A DNA stretch of 64,000 nucleotides from Nanobdellota archaeon. Its GTDB lineage: Archaea; Nanobdellota; Nanobdellia; Pacearchaeales; GW2011-AR1. Shown in pieces: positions 63,845-64,000 of this stretch (positions within the stretch are counted from its first letter, which is position 1; each line of letters opens with the position of its first letter). Below the pieces are notes generated by a model, which was not told where the DNA came from, did no database searches, and saw nothing but the letters and a program-made list of their open reading frames with translations. Both the position numbers and the translations under genes were made by a program. The stretch lies in NCBI GenBank assembly GCA_013329055.1, contig DUKY01000015.1, positions 2,339 through 66,338 of the forward strand. Direction: 5' to 3'.

Positions 63845-64000
63845 ATGACAGAAAAACAATATGCACCAACAAAAACTGAGAAAAAAACTCAGGCAGATGG
63901 AATGAATAAAAAACAAAAAACAAATGCTCCAATCGTTGATAAGTCAATTGCTGAAAAGAAAACAGACGAAAAAACTAGCAAAGCTGTTGAAGAAGTAAAA
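63845..64000 (+). CDS. 5' part of the next ribosomal operon gene, probably uL22 with a Lys-rich N-terminal extension. Truncated by the window edge.
   Basis: ATG at 63845 directly after the uS19 stop, with the frame open to the window end (MTEKQYAPTKTEKKTQADG...). Assigned by synteny only. Confidence 0.45.
   Translation, partial: MTEKQYAPTKTEKKTQADGMNKKQKTNAPIVDKSIAEKKTDEKTSKAVEEVK

Noticed and set aside
1-64000. Bacterial (CPR-type) origin of the contig, suggested by mutS/mutL, secDF and bacterial-like glycan genes
   Set aside because: RpoN (Rpo10), the Rpp21-like protein, archaeal-length uL3, uL2 and uS19, class III signal peptides and A73 tRNA-Gly identity elements all point to Archaea.

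Overview
The window is strongly AT-rich and densely coded, and it is archaeal. The evidence is an archaeal-type uL3-uL4-uL23-uL2-uS19-uL22 operon, RNA polymerase subunit N (Rpo10), an RNase P Rpp21-like protein, a stand-alone 5S rRNA, and proteins with class III (pilin-like) signal peptides. The style suggests a small-genome DPANN-type archaeon, but that is inference only. No searches were run; all calls come from reading motifs in the supplied translations and the DNA. There are three blocks. (1) About 0.4-44.3 kb is a glycan/surface-polysaccharide island of roughly 43 kb. It holds about 10 glycosyltransferases (GT4, GT10 fucosyltransferase, GT25-like, GT26, and two GT-A paralogs). It also has GDP-fucose genes (gmd, fcl), a complete GDP-D-glycero-D-manno-heptose route (gmhA, gmhB, and a fused HddC-CBS-HddA protein), and two DegT-type aminotransferases. 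Further members are many SDR epimerase/dehydratases, a split TPP-dependent E1 alpha/beta pair, methyltransferases, AsnB, a Wzx-like flippase, and four B12-binding radical SAM enzymes. (2) 44.3-53.8 kb is housekeeping: secDF, bacterial-type mutS and mutL, Lrp, and a YvcK/CofD-like protein. (3) 53.8-55.3 kb is a non-coding tRNA island of about 1.5 kb and is the most unusual part. tRNA-Gly, tRNA-Arg and tRNA-Leu look cloverleaf-complete, apart from atypical anticodon-loop positions in Gly and Leu. Each sits among tandem units that are copies of its own T-arm/acceptor or 5' acceptor/D-arm. Those copies are interrupted by structured inserts of 50-135 nt, show compensatory stem changes, and include a duplicated promoter. 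After this come a pilin-like plus large surface-protein operon, 5S rRNA, rpoN, a TacT-like GNAT and the ribosomal protein operon. That operon carries an unknown ORF wedged between uL2 and uS19.
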